A stretch of 64,000 bases of DNA from Neocallimastix sp. 'constans' (GCA_050613775.1 JBODTK010000137.1:186001-250000), one strand, 5' to 3'; numbered from the stretch's first letter, positions 1 to 14,561 are shown. Translations and numbers: made by a program. Notes: generated by a model from the letters alone, not told the origin.

Positions 1-205
1 ATATAATCGATTTATTTAATTAAAAAAAAAATATTTATAAAAAAATATATATTTACTTTCTTTTAAAATCTAAACAAAAAAAAAATAAATATTTAAATAG
101 TATTTATAAACGGTTTTATATATATGATTCATATTGAATTTAAAAAAGAAAAAAAAATTATTAATTAATAATTATTATTTCATTTTTTTTCAATTTCATT
201 TTCAT

Positions 206-1859
206 TTAATTTTTGTTATCACCGAAATCAATGAATGGAAGGTACTTCTTAACACGAGAAGTAATAGCATCTTCGGACATCTTAGCTAAATTGTCTTCAA
301 TACCACGGTGAGTTTCATCGTATAATCCCTTTAAAGCTTCTTGAGCTGGTTCAGCTAAGGCACCAATAATTGGAGTGAAAACAGAAGAAAGATCGAAATC
401 TCTAGTTAAAGTACCTCTGTCACTCATAACATTCTTAACAGATGATTGGAGTGGAACCTTAAGTGAATCTGGTAATTGTTCAAAGATAACACCTTCAACC
501 TTAGTGACTTCATTATGAATAATTTCACGGTTCTTTTGACGAATAACATCTAAACCATCTTGGACCTTCTTAGAGAAAATACCAAAGATCTTGCATTGAC
601 GGTCAGTAGATTCAGCATCTCTAGATAAATTGTCATTAGAACCAAAGAGACCAGCAAGAGCGGAAAGATCAGAGAAACCGCCACCAGCAACATCCTTAAC
701 CTTAGTATTAATGTTTAAGTAACTCTTAACACCATTAATAACACCATCAGTAATAAGATCAGTAACACCATTTTCAGCCTTTTCCATTAAACCCTTGAAT
801 GAATCAGAGATTAAAGGAGTAGCAGCATCACGTAAACTATCAGCATCAACACCAGAGCTAAGTAAGCTATTAAGGTTGAAGTTGTTAGTATCAGTACCAT
901 TGGCCATATCTTGAATTTCAGTCTTTACAAAGTTACCAATATCTTGAAGAATACCACGATCATCACCATTAACACCACGACCTTGTTGTTGGCCACCTTG
1001 GTAGGCACCAGTAGATTGTTGAGCTTGGTAGGCACCAGAACTTTGTTGTTGTTGATAACCACCTTGTTGTTGTGGGGCTTGTTGTTGTGGTGGGGCTTGT
1101 TGTTGTGGAGCTTGTTGGAATTGATATTCTTGAATATTATTGTTGTTATTGTTAGCATTGTTATTGTTATTATTATTAGAGATGGCTGGAGTACTAACAT
1201 TACCAGCACCGAGAATTTGAGCTGCAATATTGAAAATCTTAACACCATCAGCACCAGTTAAATCTAATTGACCATTAATAAGTTTAGAAACAATTTGGAA
1301 AATATCCTTAATAGCAGAAGCAACACCAAGAACAGTCATTTCTCTACACTTGGTAACTTCCTTTTGAACAACTTCACGTAAATCACCCTTAGCAGATTCT
1401 AAGAAGAAATCAACTAATTTTGCTAAAATTGGAATATCTCCAATAGCACGAGTATCATTGGACATATCGGCACTGACACTGTCAACTATATATAAATTAA
1501 TATTAAATTAATAATTTTTTCTAACACCTAAAACATCTTTTTTTATTTATATACTTTTATTTTTTATTTTTTTTCCCATTATCCTAAATATTTTTTTTTC
1601 TTATTATAAAGATCTTTATTCATTTATATTATATTTATTATTATTGTAATAACCTAAATATTCCTATAATTAACCCCCTATTTACTCTTTATTTACTTTT
1701 AATCTATTTTTTTTTTTTTTCAATTTTAATTTCATAACATCTACAACTTCTATTTTTTCACATTTTCTACACTTTTATTTATTATTATACTTTTTTTTAC
1801 ACTTTTTTTTTTTTATCTCACTTACCAGCGGCCTTAGCAATATCTTTGATGAAATCCAT
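206..1859 (-). CDS. Hypothetical ~437 aa protein, 2 exons (1859-1826, 1485-206), central N/Q-rich segment
   Basis: Exon 1 MDFIKDIAKAA ends at a GTAAG donor. The TAG acceptor at 1487-1486 joins in phase to give VDSVSADMSNDTR and the 419-aa ORF. Strong codon bias (GGT, GCT, TTC, AAC). Confidence 0.85.
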
Positions 1860-2185
1860 TATTTATTTTCCTTTATAATAACTTTTTTAAATTTACTTCT
1901 TACGGAAATGAAAAAGAAAAAAAGTGTAAAGTTAAAAAAAAAAAAAAAAAAAAGTGAGAATTAAAGCTCTTTATATTTGAGGAAAAATTTTTATATTTAA
2001 TATGAAATTTAATCTAGTATACATTAATAAATTTTAATATATAATATATATTAAAATATACATTATATATTAGAAATCTATTAAATAAATAAATATAATT
2101 AAGATAAACCAAATTTAGCTTAGTAAATTATTTTTATTATTACATCAAATGATAAAATTACATAATGCATATATTATTTTTTAAT

Positions 2186-2390
2186 TTTTATTTATTATTT
2201 ATTATTTATTATTTATTATTTATTATTTATTATTTATTATTTATTATTTATTATTTATTATTTATTATTTATTATTTATTATTTATTATTTATTATTTAT
2301 TATTTATTATTTATTATTTATTATTTATTATTTATTATTTATTATTTATTATTTATTATTTATTATTTATTATTTATTATTTATTATTAA
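2186..2390. repeat. (TTATTTA)n heptamer microsatellite
   Basis: Direct reading; it explains the spurious YYLLFII ORF. Confidence 0.95.
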
Positions 2391-3324
2391 GTTTTTTTAT
2401 TTTTATTTTTATTACAAACTTATTTACTTGTTACATATATAATTTCTTAATTTGATGTTTATTACACACATATAGTCATTTTTAATATATTATTTATTGC
2501 TTCGATTTAGAACTACGCCTCTTCTTAAGATAATAATATATTGAACTATATAATTGATATATAAATTTATATATTACCAATATACTTTATAGTATTACTT
2601 TAAAAAAGGAAAAAATATTTTTTTTAAATAAGTACAAATCCTATAATTATTAAAATTATATATAATAATATATTTCAATATTTCTTTTGATTAAAATAAT
2701 AAATTAGTTCAATATATCCAATAAAATAATTTCATCCGTTGATTAAAATGAATATAATAAATAATATACTTTAATATATTATATATAATTTTCATAAATT
2801 ATATATTCTAATTTTTTTTAAAGATGTCAAATTAATCATCATTTATAATTAGAATGTATAATAAATATATATATAATATTCATATATTTAAATTTATATT
2901 ATAATAAATGATATTTTATATTAATGGCCAAATCGACTTTTTTTTTAAATAGCAAATAAATATATAAAAATTATTTTTTTAATATATACATTTAATGAAT
3001 AAATCCATACTACAAAATAGATTAATTGCATAAAAGTATATTAATAATATACTAAATAATATATTTGAAATATACTTTTCTTATTAGATTTAATAATATT
3101 TGAATATATTTTAGTTTTTTATGCTTTTTTTATTCTTTTATTTTTTGTTTAGTTTTTATTAAAAATTTCAATTTAAAAATATTAATTTATATTAATTTCT
3201 GTTAATTTCTTTTTTTATTTATCTAAGAAAACCTTTTTTTATTCTTCCTGTAAATAAAACAACTACAAATTTTACATTCATATAAATATATTAAGTAATT
3301 AACAACTTTTAATAATTAAATTTA

Positions 3325-3555
3325 CTGTGAGAAGATATTAGTGTGGTTGTTCCTCCCTCGATGATGGTTTAAGAGATCACTGAAAAGAAGCCAGTCGGAT
3401 AAATCAGCGTATAGGGAATACCTTTCATTCTTAAAGAGAGGTTCTCGTCGACGCCGAGACTGTATGGCAAAAGGTCTAATGAGAATCTGATACGTTTAAA
3501 AGAGACTGGAAGCCCAATTGTCCTCCCCTCTTGTTAATCCCAGTCAAGAAAAAAG
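3325..3555 (+). mobile_element. Structured SINE-like retroposon, copy A
   Basis: GC-rich island that aligns end to end with the reverse complement of 25570-25795. Contains CCCTCGA and CGTCGACGCCGAGACTGTATGGCA; ends CAGTCAAGAAAAAAG. Confidence 0.75.
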
Positions 3556-3683
3556 AATATATATATATATTTAAATTTAACATAGCCAGAAAAAAAAATA
3601 AAGAGCAGTTCTTATTTTTTTTTATGTTTAAAAATAAAAAATGTATATATATGTGATCTGTTACTTTTAAACGGTTAAAAAAA

Positions 3684-4480
3684 CTATTTATTATTTATTA
3701 TTTATTATTTATTATTTATTATTTATTATTTATTATTTATTATTTATTATTTATTATTTATTATTTATTATTTATTATTTATTATTTATTATTTATTATT
3801 TATTATTTATTATTTATTATTTATTATTTATTATTTATTATTTATTATTTATTATTTATTATTTATTATTTATTATTTATTATTTATTATTTATTATTTA
3901 TTATTTATTATTTATTATTTATTATTTATTATTTATTATTTATTATTTATTATTTATTATTTATTATTTATTATTTATTATTTATTATTTATTATTTATT
4001 ATTTATTATTTATTATTTATTATTTATTATTTATTATTTATTATTTATTATTTATTATTTATTATTTATTATTTATTATTTATTATTTATTATTTATTAT
4101 TTATTATTTATTATTTATTATTTATTATTTATTATTTATTATTTATTATTTATTATTTATTATTTATTATTTATTATTTATTATTTATTATTTATTATTT
4201 ATTATTTATTATTTATTATTTATTATTTATTATTTATTATTTATTATTTATTATTTATTATTTATTATTTATTATTTATTATTTATTATTTATTATTTAT
4301 TATTTATTATTTATTATTTATTATTTATTATTTATTATTTATTATTTATTATTTATTATTTATTATTTATTATTTATTATTTATTATTTATTATTTATTA
4401 TTTATTATTTATTATTTATTATTTATTATTTATTATTTATCATTTATTATTTATTATTTAATTATTTTATTATTTATTAT
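3684..4480. repeat. ~800 bp near-perfect (TTATTTA)n array
   Basis: Direct reading. Confidence 0.97.
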
Positions 4481-5484
4481 TTATAATTATTTATTTTTAG
4501 TTATTTATTTATAATTATTTATTTGCTATCATATAATTTATATTTTTAATTATTTTTATTAATACATTTATAATTTTTATTTAGATACTTGCCACATTTT
4601 TTGAACTAAATTTTTAAAATAAATTATATAATAAAATTTAATAAAGAAATAATAAATAAATTTTTTTTTGTCAATTTATTTATTTTATTTCATTTATAAA
4701 ATATTTCATGGATAAATATATTAATGTACATATTTTTTATTTATTAATATCTATCAATAATAATAATTATGAATTTAGTGATAATGTATAAACTTTTCAA
4801 TTTTCAGATTGTTTATCTGCTAGACATTTTTTGTTTTTCAAATTTATTTCTGGATAATATAGAAAAGAAAAAAAAAAAAAAAAGATTAACAAATAATTAA
4901 TAGATGTATATATATTTTTATTCTAACATTGTTAAAAAATATAATTAATACTATATACACTTATACCATTCCATAGTTATCTACTGAAAATTGTAGTTTT
5001 AACAATAGAACTATGTCAAATTAAACTTTAGAAAGTACTGATAAAGAAAGTATATCTTTAATATAATATTAATTCTATTATTAATGATTAATTTTGATAT
5101 AATCAATATTTAACTTTTTATTAATTTTAAAAATTCTTAAAAATGTGTTTGCCATTATTGTTCATTAATTAAGATAAATAAATTAAAAACTAATATATTA
5201 TAATGCAATCTAATAAATGAAACTAATTTGTAATATATTACATTAATAATAATAGATAGATCATATTAATAAAAGTAAAATTATACTAACAATAAAAAGG
5301 CCAAGAAAGCTAAATATTATCCAATAAATAATTTTTTTTTTTGCATTTGAATAAATTAATTTATTTATATTTATTTTATTTACTTTTGTATTTATTTATT
5401 TATTTTATTTACTTTTTTATTTATTTATTTTTTAAATACATAAGTAAATACTTACCTATTTATTTATTTTTATTTATTGACTTT

Positions 5485-5564
<80 letters not shown>

Positions 5565-5775
5565 AAATTCTTTAATATATATAATAAAATCATTATTACC
5601 ATTATTATCTATATTTTGTTTGTTTTTTAATTAGTATTCAGTAATAGTTATAATACAAAAAGAATCTTATAATAGATAGTAAATTTATAGAAAATAAACT
5701 TCTATCTAAAATAAAAAAAAAAAATAAACTTCTAATAATAATAATTAAACTTTATTAAACCAATAATTTTTATAT

Positions 5776-5827
<52 letters not shown>

Positions 5828-6060
5828 ATATATATATTTATATATAAGAAACAAATGTTTATATTTCATTACATTTTAGCTTGTTTGTTATTTTATTTAT
5901 AATTTTATTATTTCGAAGTTAGTTGGAAATAGAGTCATAGATAATATATATTTATATTCATTATTGATATGTCGTGACTAACCATTAATAGAATTTATAC
6001 ATCCACATGCTTTAAAAATTTTTTTTTTGAAAATTAATTAAGATTAAATTTATTTCATTA

Positions 6061-6240
6061 TTTAATCATTATATGTATGATACCATTTTTTAATCATTAT
6101 ATGTATGATACCACTTTTTAATCATTATATGTATGATACTACTTTTTAATCATTATATTTATGATACCATTTTATAATCATTATATTATAATATCATTTT
6201 TTAATCATTATATGTATAATACCACTTTTTAATCATTATT
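6061..6240. repeat. 28-bp minisatellite, about 6 copies (TAATCATTATATGTATGATACCAYTTTT)
   Basis: Direct reading of tandem units. Confidence 0.9.
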
Positions 6241-7002
6241 TAAAATATATATATATATTTAATATTATATTTTTTTTGTTACTGTTAATATATTTAAAGA
6301 CTTTGTAATTGGAAAATTTTTTATTTAGCAAACAATAATATAATTGTTTTATATATATATTTATATATAATTATATATTTAATTTTTATATTCTATATTA
6401 GAAAATAATAATATGAGGGAGTAATTAACTACTCAATATTTTTATTATGATAGTTATTATGATAGTGTCATAGAGCATAGAAAGTTTTTTTTTTTTTTTT
6501 TCTTAATAAATATAAATATATAAATTAAAAAAAAAAAAAAATGATTTCTTAAATCAGTATTTATGTCAATTAATCTTATTATTATTATTATTATTATTAT
6601 ATATTTAATTATAAATTAATGTAATTACTCTCTACCATAATATATATGGTATAATATAATATAACTTTTCAATGTGAAAATACAAAAATATTTAATTATA
6701 AATTTATACATCATATAAATATTGTTAAGCATTATCAATGTCATATAAACATTTTGCACAACATATAGGATACGCCACATGAAACTTCATTAGTACAATT
6801 AGTTCAATTAAAATTTTATTTTTATTTTTATTTTATTTTTTTTTTTTTTTTTTTTTTTTGACTTAAAAAATAATAAATATATGAATTATTAATATATAGT
6901 CAATAAATATATAAATATATAAATAAATAATTAATTAATTAAAATAAATATAATAAATATATATATTATAAAAATGCTAATGTGTCATTTTTTTTATTCT
7001 CT

Positions 7003-7115
7003 GAATCCACAACCTTGAATAGATTAAGAGTCTCATTTGACACTAAGAGACAAACTCGAAAATAAAAATCTTTAAGTAAATATTAAATTTATTCATTTTA
7101 AAATTAATTACTATT

Positions 7116-7161
<46 letters not shown>

Positions 7162-7700
7162 TTATTAAAATATATAATTATTAAGGTGGGAAATAAAAAT
7201 ATTTAGTAGAGAAAATATAAATGTAGTTAATTACCAATCATCATGAAATACTAAAGATGAAATAAATCGAACTACTGATGAAAGTACATCTTCTATAGTC
7301 AGTACAGTGAAAAACTGTACTGTAATAATCAATATGATTGAAAATATTCGTGTTTCACTATATACCAATTTTTGGGTTAACTACTGAAAACTTTTCAAGA
7401 TGGTATTAGTCCTTAAGAAGACCTTTAACGGCACTGAAATTAAATTTATACATTAATAATAAAATCAACCCTTAAGATATGTAAGAAATCCATATTCAAG
7501 ACGATAATTCCACTCAAACTATTATTGAAAATAGTTTAGATGACGCAACAAGTAAATTCCCTTATTGACTCTGAAGCAGCCTTAGAAATGATTCAAGAAC
7601 TCATAAAATTAATGGGATAATGACTACCTATTTACTCTAAATACTCAAAATATAAATAATTATAATTTTGTCCATTATATTGGAATAACAAATTTTGATT
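7003..7700 (+). mobile_element. Degenerate Ty1/Copia 5' fragment (putative PBS plus gag remnant)
   Basis: GATTAAGAGTCTCA at 7022-7035 is the same motif that precedes the 15.7-18.4 kb Copia. Downstream IPIFGLTTENFSRWY*SLKK resembles a Copia gag N-terminus. Confidence 0.55.
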
Positions 7701-7771
7701 ATGATTTATAATATACAAAACAAAGACATTTTAATAACAGTAAAAAATATTCAAGATTTTGATATAAAACA

Positions 7772-7891
7772 TTTTTTTTTTTTTTTTTTTTTTAGACAGA
7801 GAAGAGAATACACTTTCATAATTTTATTAATTTTGTTATAAAAGATACATGTAGGTAAAAAGTACATTGGAAATTAAAAATAAAAATAAAA

Positions 7892-7925
<34 letters not shown>

Positions 7926-8217
7926 CAAAAATACTATGTATTCCAGCAAGTTGTATTATGCTGGAATTTTCCCTTCCTAACAAATAAAAAAAAATAATTA
8001 AACTTAGAAGTAACATCTTTAAAATAGATAGTGTGGTGTCCACTAAACTCTCCCCGGAATCATCATTTATTGAACTACTAAGGCGAGATTCACCCTTCAT
8101 AGAAATAGATGATAATCCTGTATTATCAATATGCCTTATCATTACAACGTCGACGCTTTTGGTTATGTTTCGTATTTTGTAATACCTATCAAATAATAGC
8201 TCATTGTTTTAAAACAT
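7772..8217 (-). mobile_element. Structured SINE-like retroposon, diverged copy E
   Basis: Minus strand has GCGTCGACGTTGTAATGATAAGGCA (decayed core motif) and ends CTGTCTA plus poly(A). Possible TSD TAAAACAT (7765-7772 / 8210-8217). Hairpin ATTCCAGCA/TGCTGGAAT near 7940-7967. Confidence 0.5.
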
Positions 8218-8595
8218 ACAAACTTACATAATAAGAAAGATAATTACAATAACTAATATAATAAAAATATAAAAATAAAATAATTTTAAAATTCTAAAGA
8301 TATTAATTTTAAATGTTAAATTCCTTCTTTCATGTCAAGTTCATATATATATATATAATATTTAATAATTAAATTTATACATAAATATATATATATACAA
8401 TAATTAATAATAATAATTTTATTTTTTTTTAATTAATTATATGTATCAAATGATAGCATTTTTTATTTATTTATTTTTTTTTTTTTTCAATATTAATTTT
8501 TTAATAATATATGTTTTTTTGAAAGTTAATGAATAGATTACATTCATAAATAAAGAAAAAAATAATATTATATCTTTATTCATTATTTTTTATTT

Positions 8596-8644
<49 letters not shown>

Positions 8645-8653
8645 AAGTTATTT

Positions 8654-8691
<38 letters not shown>

Positions 8692-8997
8692 AGAGAATTC
8701 TATTATCATAATTATTAAATAATAATATTATTTTAATAAATTATGAATTTTATATATATATACTTTTCTATTCTATTTTATTTCTTTTTTTTTTTTTTAA
8801 TATATAATTAAAATAATTTTATTATTATTTTAATACTATTATTCATAATCTTTCATTTTTATTTTTATAATTTTTTTTTTTTTTTTTAACTATGTGTTTA
8901 TTATCAAATAATAATATCGACAAGTTTTTTTTTTTTTCTTTGTTATTAATTAATAACTATATATATTACTAAATTTTTCTATCTATTACTGAATTTC

Positions 8998-10567
8998 TTA
9001 AATAATACCACACCAGTCACCATTTTCAACACTCCAAGTTTTACCATTAGAGGAGGTATAAAGAACTTCTGTGGCTGATACACAGCATGGATAGCCTCTT
9101 TCTAATGACCAGCATTCTTCATCGGATGGCTTCTGTTCTTTTTCTTTCTCAACTAAACACCAAAAATCACCTTCAATACTCCAATCACCAGAGGAATCCG
9201 TAGTATATACCTGAGCGTCTGGATTACTACAGCAAGGATAACCAGTATTTTTACAACCACCAAGATGTTCTTCCATTTCAACTTTAGTGGATGCTAAACT
9301 TGGTAGAGCAAATTTACCCCCTTCAAGATAATCTCTAGCAAAAGAACAATTAATATTATATTTAGTACAAACGTATCTAAATCTTTCAATAATCCAACGT
9401 TTAAGACCATAAATTTCATCAATAGTATATGATTTATCATTTTCATATTTCTTTAAATAATAGTTATGGAATTCAGCATTTTTAACATGATCATCAACGG
9501 TAAATCCATTTTCAATCTTGAAATCTGGACGTACAAAATGACCTGGACGTTCAGTCGTTTCCTTTTCTGGACTTCTATCTTCTAGGATATAAGGGTATAA
9601 GTATTCCATAAGATTATCAATACGAGGGAAAAGTTTAACTGGATTAAAACCATTGATAACCATGCTTTTAATATTGGCAACAAGATCTTTATGGGTATCA
9701 CTTAAACCAAGAATTTTATAGAGCGGAAAGTCCATTTCTCCAGATTCACTAGTAAAAGATTGGGCAGGTTTTGGAGATCTGTAAGCCCCAAAATCACTAT
9801 CAAAATCATATAATAAATTTAACCATTTACCATTACTATGTTTATAAAGATATTGATTATGTTGATTAGTGATATGATCCCATGAACCAAGTAAATATTT
9901 TAAAGCCTGCCATTTAATATATAAACTGGTATCGAAAAATCTTGATAAATCTTTAGTATTTTTAGCCTTTTCTAATTGTTTAATGAAATCAGTAAAATCT
10001 TCATCGACAGTTTCAGTTTCATCATTTTGACAGTTGAAGTAGTCACTTGATCCATATTTTTTATCACATTTGTAAAGAGATGTAGTATTGGTAATACCAT
10101 AATTATATTCAACCCACTGTGGCTTATAGGCATCACGAAGTAAATATAAACCCATATTATCATTATTAATATATACTAAAGTGTAGGTAGCTTGAAGAGA
10201 TGGTAAACCAAGAATATTACATAAATCATAACCAATCTTAGAACGAAGGAAACTTGGATCAACTACTTCAGAACGTAATCTAAATTGTTGTCTACCAAAT
10301 AAACTACCATTATTGATTTTAATATTGTATTGTTGCTTTTCAAATATTTGAGTATATTTACCACCAATACTTAATTTAATAGAATTTTTTTTGGTTGTTT
10401 TTCTATTGAAGTTTATATAAATTAAATTAAAAGAAAAAAAGTTAATATATTATTAATATAATTTTCATTAATTTATTATTACTATTTAAATAAAATATTA
10501 ATATTAATTGTCTACAGAAAAATAAAAAATTATCCTTTTTTTTTTTTTTTTTTTTTTATTATTATTA

Positions 10568-10603
<36 letters not shown>

Positions 10604-11091
10604 GCTTACTTATTAAGTATAAAATCAAGAGAAGCATCTGTGTCTTCAAAACTTGGAATTGGAGCATAAGAATACTTTTGTGAAAAAATTTCATTCATTG
10701 GAAGTATACTAGAAGCATTAACTATACTTTTAAAATCAGAATAACCAAGTTCTGGACTATTTATTAATTTTAATTGTTTTTCATTTAATTCTTTAGTATT
10801 AACAACTTTATTATTAACTAAAGAAGTCATAACGTCAGTATAATTGACCCATGGAGCTTTGTAACAGTCTTCATTATCATTTTCAATTAAAGGACTATTA
10901 TCATATAAACATTTATAAGTTAATTGAAAACGATTGTAACTTTCTTTTGAAAGGTTTATCCGAAGAGTTGGCATATTAAATTCAGTTTGTCTAAATAATT
11001 CAGCTCTTGAAACTCCTCTAAAGAAGTCATCAGCCCTAGCAGCAAAGCTTACGCTGATAACAGTAGCAAATAAAAATGCTTGTAATTTCAT
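8998..11091 (-). CDS. Secreted CotH-family kinase with two C-terminal fungal dockerin (CBM10-like) domains; exons 11091-10610 and 10402-8998, ~628 aa
   Basis: Signal peptide MKLQAFLFATVISVSFA. In-phase GTAAG/TAG intron. CotH-type motifs (GSWDH..HNQYLY, LLYDFDSDFG). Two GYPCC...W.vE.d.WC dockerin repeats. Confidence 0.92.
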
Positions 11092-11848
11092 TTTATATAT
11101 AATATATATTTTTAGATATATTTAGATATACTATAATTTATTAATTAACCGATTATTGATTATTAGATATCAGTTATTTGCTATTATTACTATTATTATT
11201 ATTACTCTCTTTATAAATCTATATTAATAATAATAATAATATTTTGACAGTAATTTTATTTATTTGTTTTATTTATTATAATCTTATTTTATTTAATTTT
11301 ATTATTTTATTTTATTTATTTATTTTATTTTTTAATATTTTATTTTTATTTTTTAATAATAATTTATTTATTTTTCTTTTTTTTTAATACTAATTTATAT
11401 TATTTTTGTTTTTATTAAAAATTTATTATTATTATCCTGTAATAATAATATTATTTTTAAAATTACTATCTTTTATTTTTTTTTTTTTTTTTTTTTTTTT
11501 TATTTTGAAATTTTAAAATTAGACAGTTTTCTCTTTTTATATAAAATTTTTTGGTATTTTTAATTTTTTTAAATCTTTTATTTTCATCATTAATTAATAG
11601 AACTTTAAAATTTTTATTTTTTTTAAGGATAATATTAATAATAATAATAATAATAAATATACAGTAATAATTTTTAATTTATAATAATTAGAGTTAATTA
11701 AATTTTTTTTTTTTATTTTTATATGATATTAATCCTTTTTTTTTTTTTTAATATAAATTTAATATTTTTTAACTTTAGATATCCATGATTACACAAGTAC
11801 ACAAGTATTACACATTATTTTTTATATAATTTTTAAATTAATTATATT

Positions 11849-11896
<48 letters not shown>

Positions 11897-13302
11897 TTGA
11901 TTTATTTATTTATTTATTTATTATTTATTTATTATTTATTTATTATTTATTTATTATTTATTTATTATTTATTTATTATTTATTTATTATTTATTTATTA
12001 TTTATTTTGTTTTAAATATGTTAAATCATATTTTATCATATTTTCATATTAGATAATGAATATTTTTTTTTTTATCTTTTTTTTTTATGAATTATTATTA
12101 AAAATAATAAAAATATAATAATAAAAAATTGATATTATTTATTTTTACAAATAATTCATTTATATTAATAAATTATGAAATTTTATTATATATTTTTATT
12201 TATATATTTGTTTATTAAGACTTTTACTTTTATGGTTTATGTTTTATGTTTTTATTATTATTATTATTATTATTATTTGACATTTCTTTTTTTATAATTC
12301 ATGAAACAAAAAAAATTCATTTTTGTAAAAAAAAAAAAAAAAAGTTATTACAAATTTAAAAATAAAATAAATAAAAAATAAAATAAAAATAATGTATTGA
12401 TTAGTAAACTTTATTTTCTAAATTTTTATTTCCTACTATTGAAAAAATTAATTGAAAAAAAAAAAAAAATAATTGAAAAAAAAAAAAAAGACTTAACTTT
12501 CAACTATTAGAAAATATTATTTTTTTTATCTCCCTAAAATATAAATAAAAATAAAAATTAAATGAAAAATAAAAATGAAAATGAAAAAAAAGAATAAATA
12601 AAAGTATAATAAATATTTTTTTTTTCATTTATATAATAAATAATATAATAATATATATAAAATAACACAAAAAAAAACATTTAATTAATTTTTAATAATA
12701 ATAATATTATTATTATAAAGCAATTATATACAAAATTATCATAATATAAGTAAATCTTTTTTTTTTTTTTTTTAATAATTATTATTATGAAAAGTATAAT
12801 AAATATTATAAATTTAATTATTATTGGAAAAATTTAATATTTTTTATTTAAAAAAAATTTTTTTGATTTTTTCTTCATAAAAATTAAAAATTTATTTTGT
12901 GAAACACACATGCATATTATTTATTTGTTATCCCTTTTTATTTATTTATTTTTTTTTTTTTAAAAAAAACAAAGTTTATTGTAATAATAAATTAATTGTT
13001 GTAATATTAATAAATTGTTATTATTATTTTTTGTTTATAAGAGTAAAATTTTCATTTTAATTATATTGAACAATTACGTATTTATATTTACTTTTTTTTT
13101 ATATTATAGCAAATACCATTTTTCATAAATTATATATAGTATATATACCACAAAATTTATATAAATAAAATTTATAAATAAATCATTCAATTTCAGATGT
13201 TTGCAAATATTTATATATACATATATATAATTTGACTTTAAAATATAAGATTAAATATTACTATTTATTATTATTATTATTATTATTATAATTATTATTA
13301 TA

Positions 13303-13352
<50 letters not shown>

Positions 13353-13813
13353 CATTAAATTTTAATTTATATATTTTTAAATAATTTTTTATTAAGAATA
13401 ATAACAAACAATATTATTAATTAGTATTTATATTTCATACTTTTTTTTTAATTAAAATGTAGCCATAAATAATACATACAAGCCATTAATATAATTGATT
13501 TATTGCAATATATTCTTAATAAGATATGAATAATTTCTTCTCATACACATACATTTATACACAATAGCATAAAATATGAATTTCATTAATTAATAAATTT
13601 TAAATTAATGCTTCACAATATCCCTTTTATTAAAAAATTTATAAATATGTTTATTATTATTCCATTTTAATATCTATTATCCCATATGTTTTATATATAA
13701 ATATATACATATATATGTATATATATATTTTCCTTTTTATTTAAAAAATATATTTATTGTCATAAAAAATAAAATTATCTCATAATATTGATTTAATATC
13801 ATAGTTGTATCAC

Positions 13814-13858
<45 letters not shown>

Positions 13859-14041
13859 AAGTAGAAGAGTTTACTCTATTTAATATGGTCCTTTTTTTTA
13901 ATGTATAAATAAATTCCAAATTAAAGAAGATTTGAATAAAATTATAATTAATTTGTATTGATTTAGGGAACTTTGCTAAAAATTTTATAAATAAAAAAAA
14001 GAATAAAATAAAAAAGATACATATATAAGAAAAATTATAAA

Positions 14042-14076
<35 letters not shown>

Positions 14077-14186
14077 ATAAATAAATAAATAAATAAATAA
14101 AAAAAATATATAAAATATAAAAAAAAAGTATAAAAGTATGACTAGATAACGAAGTATAGAGAACAAAACAAATAAAAGCAAAACAA

Positions 14187-14234
<48 letters not shown>

Positions 14235-14561
14235 ATTATTAAACAATTCATTTAATTTATATATTTCATGACATAATTTGGAAAATATTAAGATTTAATT
14301 TATTAAAAAAAAAATTTTTTTAATAAAAATACTTGGCTATTTATTATTATATCTATTTTTTAATTAAAACATGAATAAAAATCATATTTACTTATTATTA
14401 TAATTAATTTTTTTTTTTTTTTATTTTTTTTTCTAATAATATCTATAATATATATTATTATATATATTATTATTTATTTTTATTATTTATTTCTTTTTAA
14501 TATTTGTTACTCTTGATATATAATTGAATAATTTTAATAATTTAAATAAATCACTATTATT

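Noticed and set aside
2165..5634. F/I/Y/L-rich short ORFs here and throughout the intergenic DNA
   Set aside because: Products of AT-rich microsatellites and homopolymer runs.
6061..6240. CRISPR-like 28-bp repeats
   Set aside because: Head-to-tail units with no spacers, a eukaryotic context and no cas genes: a minisatellite.
7796..7806. U6-like ACAGAGAAGA, and U2-like AGATCAAGTG at ~25794
   Set aside because: Only about 10-nt matches with no flanking snRNA sequence.
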